From: Fidelibacterota bacterium
GTDB lineage: Bacteria; Fidelibacterota; Marinisomatia; Marinisomatales; S15-B10
DNA: 64,000 nt
Assembly: GCA_046861655.1 (NCBI GenBank)
Contig: JBHIAI010000002.1
Coordinates: 32,001-96,000, forward strand
Reading direction: 5' to 3'
Of the stretch, positions 26,960 through 37,030 are shown in pieces (within the stretch, counting starts at the first letter, position 1; each line of letters starts with the position of its first letter). Below the pieces are notes generated by a model. The model was given only the letters and a program-made list of their open reading frames with translations, made no database searches and was not told the origin of the DNA. A program made the translations under genes and the position numbers.

Positions 26960-27046
26960 GAAAAGTTACGGTCGCAAGGGGTAGGAAAAAAGATTGAAGG
27001 TCAGACAAAACTTTGGCAACATTCCCTTGAAGCAAAGGAGGTTGGT

Positions 27047-27790
27047 ATGAGAGGACTGGAAGGGAAAGTGGTGATCGTTACGGGATCGGGACAGGGAATT
27101 GGCCGGGAGACGGCCCTCCGCTTTGCCGAAGAAGGGGCAAAGGTTGTGGTGGCGGAAGTCAATCCATCAACGGGCCAGCGAGTGGCCCGAGAGCTTTCCG
27201 GTTCGGGGGCGGAAGCTCTGTTTGTTCAGGTGGACATAGCCCACAGGGACAGTGTTCGACAGATGGTTGCCGCGGTGAACAAAAGGTTTGGGCGTATCGA
27301 CGTTCTGGTGAACAATGCCGGTGTCATACAAGACAGGACCCTGAAGAATATGACCGGTGACGAATTCGACCGGGTGATCCGGGTAAACCTCAAGGGAACC
27401 TTCGTTTGCACTCAGGAAGTGGTGGAAGTGATGCGTGAACAAGGATCGGGCGTCGTGTTGAATGCCACATCCGTTGTGGCCCTGTACGGAAATTTCGGTC
27501 AGACCAACTATGTGGCCAGCAAGAGTGGCATCATAGGGATGACCAGGGTGTGGGCCCGGGAGTTGGGCAAGGACGGCATCCGGGTGAACGCCGTGGCTCC
27601 CGGTTTTATCATGACGGACATGCTAAAGGACATCCCGAAGGATGTGTTGAACGAGAAGGTGGACAAGATCCCCTTAAGGCGGATGGGCCATCCTGAAGAG
27701 GTGGCGGCCGTCTACTGCTTCCTGGCCAGTGAGGATGCCGGCTACATCACCGGTGCCGTCTTAAGTGTAGACGGCGGCGTGGTGGTGTAA
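27047..27790 (+). CDS. SDR family 3-oxoacyl-ACP / acetoacetyl-CoA reductase (FabG-like)
   Basis: RBS AAGGAG before ATG 27047; TGSGQGIG, NNAG, GNFGQTNYVASK and PGFI. Confidence 0.85.
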   Translation: MRGLEGKVVIVTGSGQGIGRETALRFAEEGAKVVVAEVNPSTGQRVARELSGSGAEALFVQVDIAHRDSVRQMVAAVNKRFGRIDVLVNNAGVIQDRTLKNMTGDEFDRVIRVNLKGTFVCTQEVVEVMREQGSGVVLNATSVVALYGNFGQTNYVASKSGIIGMTRVWARELGKDGIRVNAVAPGFIMTDMLKDIPKDVLNEKVDKIPLRRMGHPEEVAAVYCFLASEDAGYITGAVLSVDGGVVV

Positions 27791-27796
27791 AACCGT

Positions 27797-27932
27797 CGGC
27801 AGCGGGCAGTGGCAGTTAACAGTAAGAGATGAGAATCCAGCTATCAGCCGTCACGCGTTAAGGCGCGACGAATTACGCATTCCGTTCTCAATGATCACTT
27901 CTGAATAATCAATTCCCTGTGTTCTCTATGGG
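27797..27932. repeat. Degenerate heptamer repeats plus a CACAGAG-type repeat arm between convergent genes
   Basis: GGCAGCG-GGCAGT-GGCAGTT-AACAGT; CAGCTAT-CAGCCGT-CACGCGT; CCCTGTGTTCTCTATGGG next to the ppdK stop. Confidence 0.5.
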
Positions 27933-30653
27933 TCAAGTTTCCCTGATGGCGGCCTGGGCGGCGGCCAGCCGGGCAATGGGGATCCGAAAGGGAGAACAAC
28001 TCACGTAGTCCAGTCCCACCCGGTGACAGAATTCGATGGAGTCGGGATCTCCCCCATGCTCACCGCAGATACCCACTTTTAGGTCGTTTCGAGCGGACCG
28101 ACCCTTCTTTACCCCGATCTCAACCAGCTGTCCCACACCGGTCTGGTCCAGGGACTGGAAGGGATCATCCGGCAAGATCTTGTGGGAGAGGTAATCAGGC
28201 AGGAAACCGCCGATATCATCCCGGGAAAAGCCGAATGTGGTCTGGGTGAGATCGTTGGTACCGAATGAGAAGAACTCGGCATCCCTGGCAATTTCATCGG
28301 CGGTGAGGGCGGCCCGGGGGACTTCAATCATGGTGCCCACCTGATAATCAAGAGTCACTCCTGTCTCATCCATGACGCTTTGAGCCACCTTTCGGATAAT
28401 GGATTCCTGGTTCTTAAACTCCTGGGCAGTACCCACCAGAGGGACCATGACTTCAGGGACCGCCTTCAGGTTATCCCTGGAGAGCTCCACCGCTGCTTCG
28501 AAGATGGCCCTGGCCTGCATTTCGGTGATCTCAGGATAGGTGATCCCCAACCGGCAGCCGCGGTGCCCCAGCATGGGATTGACTTCATGGAGAGACTCAA
28601 TCCGGGCTCGCAGTTTATCTGTGTCGACCTTCAAATCCCGGGCCAGTTCGGAGATTTGCTCATCGGCGAGACTGACGAATTCGTGCAGGGGAGGATCCAA
28701 GAGGCGGATGGTTACCGGAAATCCATCCATGGCCCTGAATAGGTCGACAAAATCCTGGCGTTGGTAGGGCAGTAATTTCATAACTGCCTTCCGGCGGTCT
28801 TCCTCTGTCTGGGCGATAATCATCTCTCTCATGGTTCTGATTCGCTCAGGGTCAAAGAACATATGCTCCGTGCGACAGAGGCCGATGCCCCCCGCTCCAA
28901 ACATCCGGGCCTGTTCGGCATCTCGTATCGTGTCGGCATTCGCCCGGATGCCCAGGGTTCGGACCTCGTCCGCCAGGTCCATGAGTCTGGTAAAGTACTC
29001 GTTATTCAGGGGATCAGCGGGGATGAGCGGCAGTTGACCCTGGTAGACGTTGCCTTTCGTGCCGTTCAGGGTGATCCAGTCACCCTCGCGGAGGGTCTGT
29101 CCATTCACCCAGGCCGTCTTATTTTTCCGGTCAATACGGAGGGCTGAGCATCCCACGATGCAGCATTTTCCCCACCCTCTGGCCACCAGGGCGGCGTGAC
29201 TTGTCATGCCCCCTCTTGCAGTGAGAATAGCCTGGGAAGCATGCATGCCGTGAACATCTTCAGGGGAGGTTTCATTCCGGACCAGGACCACCTTTTTCCC
29301 CTCTTGGGACCAGGCTTCGGCATCGTCGGCGGTGAAAACAATCTGTCCCACCGCACCCCCGGGTCCAGCCGGAAGGCCATGGGCCAGGGGTCCGGCGGTT
29401 TGTTCCTCCTTTGGATCAACCATGGGATGGAGGAGTTCATCCAGCTGGGTGGGTCTGACACGCATAAGGGCTTCCTCTTTGGTAATCAACCCCTCCTCCA
29501 ACATCTCCACAGCCATACGGATGGCGGCCGCGCCGTTGCGCTTCCCCACCCGGGTCTGAAGCATCCACAATCTGCCGTCTTCTATGGTGAATTCAATGTC
29601 CTGCATGTCCCGGTAATGGGTGTCCAGCTTCTCCTGGATGGCATTGAGCTGGTCGTAAACCTCAGGCATGGCCTCCTCAAGGGAAGGGAGATCGTCGTTT
29701 TCTCCTGTTTTGCCCTGAATGTTTATGGGATTGGGAGTCCGGATACCGGCCACCACATCCTCTCCCTGCGCATTGGGAAGCCATTCTCCATAGAACACCT
29801 TCTCCCCCGTTGCCGGATTCCGGGTAAAGGCCACTCCTGTGGCACTGGTGTCCCCGGTGTTTCCGAACACCATGGCTTGAACATTCACGGCCGTCCCCAT
29901 TTTGTCCGGAAGCCTTTCAATGCGCCTGTAGGCCACGGCCCGTTTTCCGTTCCAGGAGTGAAACACGGCACCGATGGCTCCCCATAACTGTTCGTGAGGA
30001 TCGTCAGGGAACGGCTTCCCCAGGGTTTGTCTTATGGTTTCTTTGAAGGCTTCGGACAGTATCTTCCAGTCATCGGCGTCCAATTCCGTGTCTAAACTGA
30101 TCCCTTTTTCGTTTTTTCGTTCATCAATGAGGTCCTCGAGTCTCTCCCGGATCCCAACCTCGTTTGGTGATGCCTTTCCCCGTGGTGGTCCCTGCAACCC
30201 TCCCTTTTCCATCACCACATCAGAATACATCATGATCAGGCGCCGGTAGGCATCGTAGGCAAACCTGGGATTCCCGGTTCTCTCGATCAGCGCGGAAAGG
30301 GTTGTGGCCGTAAGTCCCACGTTCAGGACGGTTTCCATCATCCCTGGCATGGAGACGGCCGCCCCTGACCGTACCGAGACCAGAAGGGGATTCTTAGGGT
30401 CCCCAAACTGTTGCCCCATGATGGTTTCCACCTTGAGAAGGTTTGCTTTCACCTCTAGACTAAGTTCGTCCGGATAGTGCCTCTCGTGTTCATAAAAGTA
30501 GGTACACACCTCGGTAGTGATGGTAAAACCGGGGGGAACCGGGATTCCCAGATTGGTCATTTCGGCGATGTTGGCACCCTTTCCGCCAAGGAGATCCCTC
30601 ATCTCAGCACTGCCGTCAGCCTTTCCGTCACCAAAAAAGAAAACGTGTTTCAT
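27933..30653 (-). CDS. ppdK: Pyruvate, phosphate dikinase
   Basis: LLGGKGAN, PLLVSVRSGA, GGMTSHAA (phospho-His), GLCRTEHMF, GTNDLTQ and GICGEHGG. Confidence 0.97.
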   Translation of the reverse strand: MKHVFFFGDGKADGSAEMRDLLGGKGANIAEMTNLGIPVPPGFTITTEVCTYFYEHERHYPDELSLEVKANLLKVETIMGQQFGDPKNPLLVSVRSGAAVSMPGMMETVLNVGLTATTLSALIERTGNPRFAYDAYRRLIMMYSDVVMEKGGLQGPPRGKASPNEVGIRERLEDLIDERKNEKGISLDTELDADDWKILSEAFKETIRQTLGKPFPDDPHEQLWGAIGAVFHSWNGKRAVAYRRIERLPDKMGTAVNVQAMVFGNTGDTSATGVAFTRNPATGEKVFYGEWLPNAQGEDVVAGIRTPNPINIQGKTGENDDLPSLEEAMPEVYDQLNAIQEKLDTHYRDMQDIEFTIEDGRLWMLQTRVGKRNGAAAIRMAVEMLEEGLITKEEALMRVRPTQLDELLHPMVDPKEEQTAGPLAHGLPAGPGGAVGQIVFTADDAEAWSQEGKKVVLVRNETSPEDVHGMHASQAILTARGGMTSHAALVARGWGKCCIVGCSALRIDRKNKTAWVNGQTLREGDWITLNGTKGNVYQGQLPLIPADPLNNEYFTRLMDLADEVRTLGIRANADTIRDAEQARMFGAGGIGLCRTEHMFFDPERIRTMREMIIAQTEEDRRKAVMKLLPYQRQDFVDLFRAMDGFPVTIRLLDPPLHEFVSLADEQISELARDLKVDTDKLRARIESLHEVNPMLGHRGCRLGITYPEITEMQARAIFEAAVELSRDNLKAVPEVMVPLVGTAQEFKNQESIIRKVAQSVMDETGVTLDYQVGTMIEVPRAALTADEIARDAEFFSFGTNDLTQTTFGFSRDDIGGFLPDYLSHKILPDDPFQSLDQTGVGQLVEIGVKKGRSARNDLKVGICGEHGGDPDSIEFCHRVGLDYVSCSPFRIPIARLAAAQAAIRET

Positions 30654-30759
30654 AGTGTCAGTCTCCTCAAAACAGACCTCAATTTAGAGACGTCTACCAG
30701 CACATTCAAACCGTATTTGGGTTGATTTTATGACGGGGGCAGGGTACCATTGAAAAGTC

Positions 30760-30784
30760 TAGGAGTGCAGGCCCTGCACTCCTA
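30760..30784. repeat. Perfect REP-like hairpin
   Basis: TAGGAGTGCAG-GCC-CTGCACTCCTA (11-bp stem); a related copy lies at 61470-61500. Confidence 0.6.
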
Positions 30785-30799
30785 AGCCGGGAGAAAGCC

Positions 30800-32752
30800 A
30801 TGTCAGAAATCTTGTGGACACCGTCACGGGAACAGGTGGTCCGTACCCAGATGGACGCGTTCCGTCGTTTTGTCAACAAGACGTACGACCGTGACTTGAA
30901 AGACTATTTTGATCTGTATGAGTGGTCGGTATCGGAAATCCCGGATTTCTGGGCCGCGGTGTGGGAATTCATGGACATCATTCATTCCAGGTCCTACCGC
31001 CAGGTGGTGGATGATCCCTCCAGGATGCCCGGTGCCCGGTGGTTTTCCGGTTCCCGGCTGAACTTTGCCGAAAACCTGCTTCGTTACCGCGACGACAGAC
31101 CCGCACTGGTGTTTCAGGGTGAAGGGCAACCCGTACGGACCCTCACGTACGCAGACCTCTACCGGGAGGTGGCCAGACTGGCCCGGGCCCTCCGGGAAGA
31201 AGGGATATCCGAGGGGGACCGGGTGGCCGGTTTCATGCCTAATATGCCAGAAACGGTTGTGGGACTCTTGGCCACAGCCTCATTGGGCGCTGTTTGGAGT
31301 TCATCCTCCCCCGATTTTGGGATCCAGGGCGTTCTAGACCGGTTCATGCAGATTGAACCCAGGGTCCTCCTTTCGGCAAATGGGTACTTTTACAACGGGA
31401 AGGTCTTCGATTCCCTTTCGAAACTTGAAGGCATCCTCCATGAACTTTCCAGTGTTCAGAAGGTGATTGTGGTACCCTATACCGAGCCTGAGCCCGACAT
31501 TTCCGGAATTTCCAGGTCTATCATGTACGAAGAGTTTGTGGGATCGGCGGATTCCCCCGATCTCGTGTTTGAGCAGCTTCGGTTTGATCATCCCCTGACC
31601 ATCATGTATTCCTCCGGAACGACGGGTCTGCCCAAGTCCATGGTTCACGGTGCCGGCGGTACACTCCTTCAACATCTCAAGGAGCTGAGATTGCACACGG
31701 ATCTGACTCGTGAAGATACCATCTTTTACTTCACCACATGCGGATGGATGATGTGGAACTGGCTCATCAGTTCGCTGGCCGTGGGCGCTACCATTGTCCT
31801 GTATGATGGATCGCCCTTTTACCCGGACCCGGGTGCCCTATGGCGTATGGCCCAGGATCTGAGAATCACGGTTTTTGGTACCAGCGCCAAGTTCATCGGC
31901 GCCTCCCGCGCTGCCGGGTCAAAACCGAAAAAGGAGTTTAACCTGAACCGGTTGAGAGCCATCCTGTCTACAGGGTCCCCCCTGGTCGAAGAAGGTTTTG
32001 ACTATGTCTACAGGGATATCAAAGAGGACGTTCTTCTGGCCTCCATTTCTGGCGGGACCGATATCGTTTCCTGCTTTGCCCTGGGCAATCCCACCCTACC
32101 GGTCTACAGGGGAGAGTTGCAGTGCCGGGGCCTGGGCATGAAGGTGGCTTCTTTTGATGACAAAGGCAGGTCCCACGTTAGCAGAAAAGGGGAGCTGGTC
32201 TGCGAGGCCCCTTTTCCCTCCATGCCCGTATATTTCTGGAACGATCCGGACGGGTCGAAATACCAGCATGCGTACTTCGATGTCTATCCCGGGGTATGGA
32301 GTCATGGGGACTACATCACCATCAACGATCACGGCGGTGTCAGGATTCTTGGCCGAAGCGACGCCACCCTGAATCCGGGAGGGGTTCGCATAGGAACGGC
32401 TGAGATCTACCGGGTTGTTGAGATGCTGCCGGAGGTGGAAGACAGCCTGGTGGTGGGCCAGGAATGGGACGGAGATGAGCGGGTTATTCTATTCCTCAGA
32501 CTGTCCGGTGGGCATCAACTGACCGACGATTTGATCCACAAGGTCAGGTCGAACATCCGTGAACAGTGTTCCCCCAGGCATGTGCCGGCCAAGGTACTGT
32601 CCATAGAAGATATTCCCTACACCATAAATGGAAAGAAAGTCGAGATCGCGGTGAAAAAGATCATCGATGGGGACGAGGCCCTGAACCGGGATGCCCTGGC
32701 CAACCCGGACTCCCTGGATCTGTATAAGGATATCCCCGAGCTAAACAGTTAG
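30800..32752 (+). CDS. Acetoacetate--CoA ligase
   Basis: LNFAENLL, YSSGTTGLPK, TTCGWMMWNWL, SISGGTD and GRSDATLNPGGVRIGT. Confidence 0.93.
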   Translation: MSEILWTPSREQVVRTQMDAFRRFVNKTYDRDLKDYFDLYEWSVSEIPDFWAAVWEFMDIIHSRSYRQVVDDPSRMPGARWFSGSRLNFAENLLRYRDDRPALVFQGEGQPVRTLTYADLYREVARLARALREEGISEGDRVAGFMPNMPETVVGLLATASLGAVWSSSSPDFGIQGVLDRFMQIEPRVLLSANGYFYNGKVFDSLSKLEGILHELSSVQKVIVVPYTEPEPDISGISRSIMYEEFVGSADSPDLVFEQLRFDHPLTIMYSSGTTGLPKSMVHGAGGTLLQHLKELRLHTDLTREDTIFYFTTCGWMMWNWLISSLAVGATIVLYDGSPFYPDPGALWRMAQDLRITVFGTSAKFIGASRAAGSKPKKEFNLNRLRAILSTGSPLVEEGFDYVYRDIKEDVLLASISGGTDIVSCFALGNPTLPVYRGELQCRGLGMKVASFDDKGRSHVSRKGELVCEAPFPSMPVYFWNDPDGSKYQHAYFDVYPGVWSHGDYITINDHGGVRILGRSDATLNPGGVRIGTAEIYRVVEMLPEVEDSLVVGQEWDGDERVILFLRLSGGHQLTDDLIHKVRSNIREQCSPRHVPAKVLSIEDIPYTINGKKVEIAVKKIIDGDEALNRDALANPDSLDLYKDIPELNS

Positions 32753-33318
32753 TCGCGATCCAACCACTTCCAGCCATAGGGGAGCAGAACGGACGCCAGG
32801 CCGATCTTGACGATATCGCCCGGGATAAAGGGAAGGAGTCCCACGGCAAAGACGTCCAGGGAGCGGGTGTACAGACCCAACCAGGCCAGCCCCGCGGCGA
32901 AGATGGTCAGATTCCCCAGGACCATGGCCAGGACTGTGGTTCCCGGTTTTCTATCCCAGCCACGTTCAGCCAGAAATCCCGTGAGGTAAGCACCTCCGAC
33001 AAAACCGACCAGGTATCCCCCCGTAGGTCCCAAAAGATGGGCCAGTCCGGATGCTCCGCCAGCGAAAAAAGGAAGTCCCACAGCTCCCTGCCCCAGGTAG
33101 GCCAAAACGCTGAACGTCCCCCGTACGCGGCCCAGCATGGCTCCGGCAAGAAGAACCCCAAAAGTTTGACCCGTGATGGGAACGGGGGTGTAGGGGAGGG
33201 GAATCCGGATCTGTGACAGAAGGGCGATGAACAGGGATCCCCCTGCCACAAGAGTGACATCATAGATCCGTGCCTGACTCCTCAAGGAAGGTCGAAGAAC
33301 GTCAGCGTACGTCATCAC
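32749..33318 (-). CDS. bioY: Biotin transporter BioY
   Basis: PVPITGQT, GLPFFAGG, GPTGGYLVGF and PFIPGD. Confidence 0.93.
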   Translation of the reverse strand: MMTYADVLRPSLRSQARIYDVTLVAGGSLFIALLSQIRIPLPYTPVPITGQTFGVLLAGAMLGRVRGTFSVLAYLGQGAVGLPFFAGGASGLAHLLGPTGGYLVGFVGGAYLTGFLAERGWDRKPGTTVLAMVLGNLTIFAAGLAWLGLYTRSLDVFAVGLLPFIPGDIVKIGLASVLLPYGWKWLDRD

Positions 33319-33333
33319 GAATGTTATCCTCTC

Positions 33334-34872
33334 CTAATGTCTGAAACAGCGTGTGCTGGTGAAAACCATGGCGATTCCATGTTCATTGCAGGCCTGGATC
33401 ACCTCCTGGTCCCGGACGGATCCACCCGGCTGGATGACGGCCCGAATGCCGGTGGTGGCTATGCGGTCGATGCTGTCGCGGAAAGGGAAAAATGCGTCGG
33501 AGGCCAGAACCGTGTCCCCGATCCGGTTCCCCGATTTCCTCACAGCGATGTCCACGGCGTCAATGCGGGATACCTGGCCCGAGCCGATCCCAACGGTGGT
33601 ATGATTTTTCGCCGTCAAGATGGCGTTTGATTTCACGTATGTAAGGACTTTCCAGGCAAACAGCATGTCGTCGATCTGTTCGTCCCCCGGCTTCGCCTCG
33701 GTTACTGAATTCAAGTGTTCACGTGTCACGGTGTTCACGTTTTTTTCCTGCAGCAAGAGGCCTCCGGCCACCTGTCTGAATTCCAGTCCTGCTCGTGAAC
33801 CTGTGATCTCACCTACTTCCAGAACCCTCAGATTCTTTTTCTTGCCAAAGATTTCCCGTGCTTCCGGTTCATAGCCGGGGGCGAGGACAATCTCGATGAA
33901 GATTTTCCTGAGGTACTCAGCGATCTCCCGGGTGCATAGGCGGTTCAGCGCCACGATGCCTCCAAAGGCAGACAGGGAATCGGCCTCGAAGGCCCGTATG
34001 AAACAGTCGGTAATATCGCGACCAGAGGCGGCACCGCAGGGATTGGCATGCTTTACCACCACACAGGCAGGCTCTGAGAACTCCTGGACGCAGGCCAGGG
34101 CACCATCGGCATCCATAATGTTGTTATAGGACAGCTTTTTCCCCTGATGGATTCTTGCCTTCAGAATGGAGGGATCCTTGAACTGAGGATCCGCGTAGGC
34201 GGATGCCTGCTGGTGCGGGTTCTCCCCGTACCGTAGGTGGGAATGTCTGTCGAAGGTGAGCGTCAGGGAGTCCCCCATAGGGGTGTCATGGAGATAGTTG
34301 TGGATGAGAGTATCGTAGCGGGCCGTATGACCGAAGGCCTTAGCCGACAGCCGCTTCCGGGTCGAATAGGTGAGGCCCCCCTCTTTATTCAATTCCTCAA
34401 CCAGGAGGGGATAGTCCGCGGGATCCACTACCACACCAACCCATCCCACGTTCTTGGCGGCGCTCCGGATCATGGCCGGTCCACCGATATCGATGTCTTC
34501 GAGGACCTCGTCCAGGGGAATGTCGTCTCTTAGTATGGTCCTGTCAAAGGGGTAGAGGTTACATACCACGAGGTCGATCCAGGGTATGCCCTGTTCTTGG
34601 GCAGAAGATTCGTGGCTATCCCGGAGTCCGAGGATGCCTCCGTGGATATTGGGGTGGAGGGTCTTTACCCGGCCGTCCATGATTTCCGGTGAGCCGGTGA
34701 CCTCCGACACTCCGGTAGTGGGGATTCCGGCTTCTGTTAGTACTTTGGCCGTTCCCCCGGTTGAGATGATACGGACGCCCAAGCGGGTCAGCTCTTCTGC
34801 GAGTCCGACAATCCCCGACTTGTTGAAAACGGAGATTAAGGCACGTCGGATGGGAATAATCTCTTCGTTCAT
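33334..34872 (-). CDS. purH: Bifunctional AICAR transformylase / IMP cyclohydrolase
   Basis: RRALISV, GRVKTLHP, IDIGGP, LRYGENPHQ and SDAFFPF; ATG at 34872. Confidence 0.97.
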   Translation of the reverse strand: MNEEIIPIRRALISVFNKSGIVGLAEELTRLGVRIISTGGTAKVLTEAGIPTTGVSEVTGSPEIMDGRVKTLHPNIHGGILGLRDSHESSAQEQGIPWIDLVVCNLYPFDRTILRDDIPLDEVLEDIDIGGPAMIRSAAKNVGWVGVVVDPADYPLLVEELNKEGGLTYSTRKRLSAKAFGHTARYDTLIHNYLHDTPMGDSLTLTFDRHSHLRYGENPHQQASAYADPQFKDPSILKARIHQGKKLSYNNIMDADGALACVQEFSEPACVVVKHANPCGAASGRDITDCFIRAFEADSLSAFGGIVALNRLCTREIAEYLRKIFIEIVLAPGYEPEAREIFGKKKNLRVLEVGEITGSRAGLEFRQVAGGLLLQEKNVNTVTREHLNSVTEAKPGDEQIDDMLFAWKVLTYVKSNAILTAKNHTTVGIGSGQVSRIDAVDIAVRKSGNRIGDTVLASDAFFPFRDSIDRIATTGIRAVIQPGGSVRDQEVIQACNEHGIAMVFTSTRCFRH

Positions 34873-34893
34873 AACGGTGCTATGATCCTCACT

Positions 34894-34975
34894 CCTGTCC
34901 CCCTGAGCTTGACGAAGGGTGACCACGCCAAAACCCACCTTTCCTGTCATGCTTCGTCAAGCTCAGCATGACAGG
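34894..34975. repeat. REP-like palindromic element (CTGAGCTTGACGAAG / CTTCGTCAAGCTCAG)
   Basis: Perfect 15-bp inverted repeat at 34903-34917 and 34952-34966, extendable to 24 bp with 3 mismatches. Confidence 0.75.
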
Positions 34976-35002
34976 GGGTTCACCGGAGTTCACTGTTTGT
35001 GG

Positions 35003-35602
35003 TTATGCATGAATCTGGGGGAGCTTTCCTTTCTGAATGAGTTCGATGGCCTCGATGAAGGCCTTTCCCTCCAGAGCCTGGACCTTCTGTTTAAGCGATT
35101 CCGGAGTATCGTCTTTTTCCACCCGACACTGTTTTTGTACAACGATGGGTCCGGCGTCAACGTCTTCAGTCACGAAATGAATGGTGCATCCCGTTTCTTT
35201 CACACCTGCTTTCAGCACTTCCTCGTGAACGTTCATGTCCATACCGCCCGCGAAGGCCGGCAACAGCGAAGGGTGGACGTTCATGACCCGGTTGCGCCAC
35301 TGAAGACAAAACCAGGCCGAAAGGATACGCATGAATCCGATGAGGAGTACGAGCTGTACACCCCGTTCTTTGAATTCCCGGGAAACTTCGGAATCGAATT
35401 CTTCCCTCGATTTGTTTTTGTGGCTGATAAAAAGAGCATCGATGCCATGATCGCGGGCCCGTTGAAGGATGAAAGCTTTCTTCCGGTTACTGATGACCAC
35501 TTCCACGGAGGCGTTAAGCTGTCCATGGTTGATGGCATCGAGAATAGCCTGTAGGTCTGTCCCTTTGGTTGAGCCAAGGATTCCGAGTTTGATCGTTTTC
35601 AT
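35003..35602 (-). CDS. purN: Phosphoribosylglycinamide formyltransferase
   Basis: GFMRIL, NVHPSLLP, ETGCTIHFV and DAGPIV. Confidence 0.95.
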   Translation of the reverse strand: MKTIKLGILGSTKGTDLQAILDAINHGQLNASVEVVISNRKKAFILQRARDHGIDALFISHKNKSREEFDSEVSREFKERGVQLVLLIGFMRILSAWFCLQWRNRVMNVHPSLLPAFAGGMDMNVHEEVLKAGVKETGCTIHFVTEDVDAGPIVVQKQCRVEKDDTPESLKQKVQALEGKAFIEAIELIQKGKLPQIHA

Positions 35603-35664
35603 GCCTGCCGACCCCCGGTTTTTCTGTATTGGCTGTCGTTATGAATATTCAAATCCTCCGGAGT

Positions 35665-37026
35665 TCATAACAACCCAATCGTCTTCCGGTAGCACATGCA
35701 ATTGGCGTTGTCGTTCTTGTGGTCGATGAAGGAAATCTTCTCTATGTTACGATACGCTTTTTCCCGGGCCTCTTCCAGGGAACGATCTCCCGCCACCACA
35801 TGCAATACCCTGCCACCGTAGGTGACCAGACCCTTTCCCGGATTCTCATCCACCCCTGCGTAGTAGATGGCCATGCCCCGCTCGATCCTGTCCAGTCCCT
35901 CAATCCTGTGTCCCCTGCCGTACCGTCCGGGATAGCCCTTGTTCCAACCTCTGGAGGCCCGGGAACGACCCTCCATGGCGATGACATCCACGTAGTACTG
36001 ATCGTTCCAGACCTGTTTTATGGTGTCCAGCAACCCATCGCAGACAGCCATGCTGATTTCAAACAGATCGGTACTCAGTTTCCGGGCGAGAACCTCCCAT
36101 TCGGGATCACCGTGCCTGACGTTGATTTCAAACACCTCCAGATTGTCATAAGGATCCAGATTCAATCCCCAGTACAGAACCCCTTTGTACTTCCATCCCA
36201 GCTCATTGTACACCGCGTTCACCGTGGGATTGACGATTTCCTTGATGATTCTGTTCACCAGCCAGGGACTGACCAATCTGTGGGGGCAGTAGCATCCCGT
36301 TCCCCCAGTGTTCAAGTTGCCGCCGAACCGCTCGATGGTTTCTTTGTCATCGGGATCGAAAGCCGCCTTATAATCCTGGGCGAACATTCTAAGAGGCATG
36401 ACACGCTCTCCGTCCAGGTAGGCGAAGAAGGAGATTTCCGTGCCGTACTTCCTTTCTTCAACAACAACCCGATTTCCTGAATCCCCAAAGGCTCTTTCCA
36501 CCATGATCCTGGTTATGGCAGCTTCCGCATCGGATACGTCATCGCACACGATGGCCCCCTTTCCCGCTGCCAGGCCGTTAGCTTTGACCACAACCTGATA
36601 GCCGATATTGCGGACGTACTCGGTTGCTTTTTGTGGATCGTCAAACACGGCATACTCGGGTTTGGGAACACCGATTTTCACCAGGAGATCATCGGTAAAG
36701 GCCCGGTCGCTCTCCAGCCTGACGTATTCCTTTTTAGGGCCTACGGTCTTTATTCCCCTTTCGGCCAGGATATCGATGAGCCCCTGTTCCAGGGGAGTCT
36801 CAGAGCCCACGTCCACCAGGTCCACCTTGTTCTTGAGACAAAAGTCTGTGATTTCGCCAAAATCTGTGACGGGGACCAGCTCAATGAGTCCCCGTTTGCC
36901 TTTGGGGGTGTAAAGGACGCCCGGGTTCCCCGGCGCGAAGTACACTTTGTCTACGTGTTGACTTTCCCCGTAGGTGTCACACAGACAGTGGTCCCTGCCG
37001 CCGGAGCCGTAAACCAGCACCTTCAT
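35665..37026 (-). CDS. purD: Phosphoribosylamine--glycine ligase
   Basis: GSGGRDH, APGN, VVKANGLAAGKG, NTGG, EINVRHGDPE and GGRVL; ATG at 37026. Confidence 0.93.
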   Translation of the reverse strand: MKVLVYGSGGRDHCLCDTYGESQHVDKVYFAPGNPGVLYTPKGKRGLIELVPVTDFGEITDFCLKNKVDLVDVGSETPLEQGLIDILAERGIKTVGPKKEYVRLESDRAFTDDLLVKIGVPKPEYAVFDDPQKATEYVRNIGYQVVVKANGLAAGKGAIVCDDVSDAEAAITRIMVERAFGDSGNRVVVEERKYGTEISFFAYLDGERVMPLRMFAQDYKAAFDPDDKETIERFGGNLNTGGTGCYCPHRLVSPWLVNRIIKEIVNPTVNAVYNELGWKYKGVLYWGLNLDPYDNLEVFEINVRHGDPEWEVLARKLSTDLFEISMAVCDGLLDTIKQVWNDQYYVDVIAMEGRSRASRGWNKGYPGRYGRGHRIEGLDRIERGMAIYYAGVDENPGKGLVTYGGRVLHVVAGDRSLEEAREKAYRNIEKISFIDHKNDNANCMCYRKTIGLL

Positions 37027-37030
37027 TTTT

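Noticed and set aside
26396..27046. Long N-terminal extension of the SDR ORF (464 aa in the track)
   Set aside because: Mostly an antisense shadow of the M28 peptidase; the real start is ATG 27047 with an RBS.
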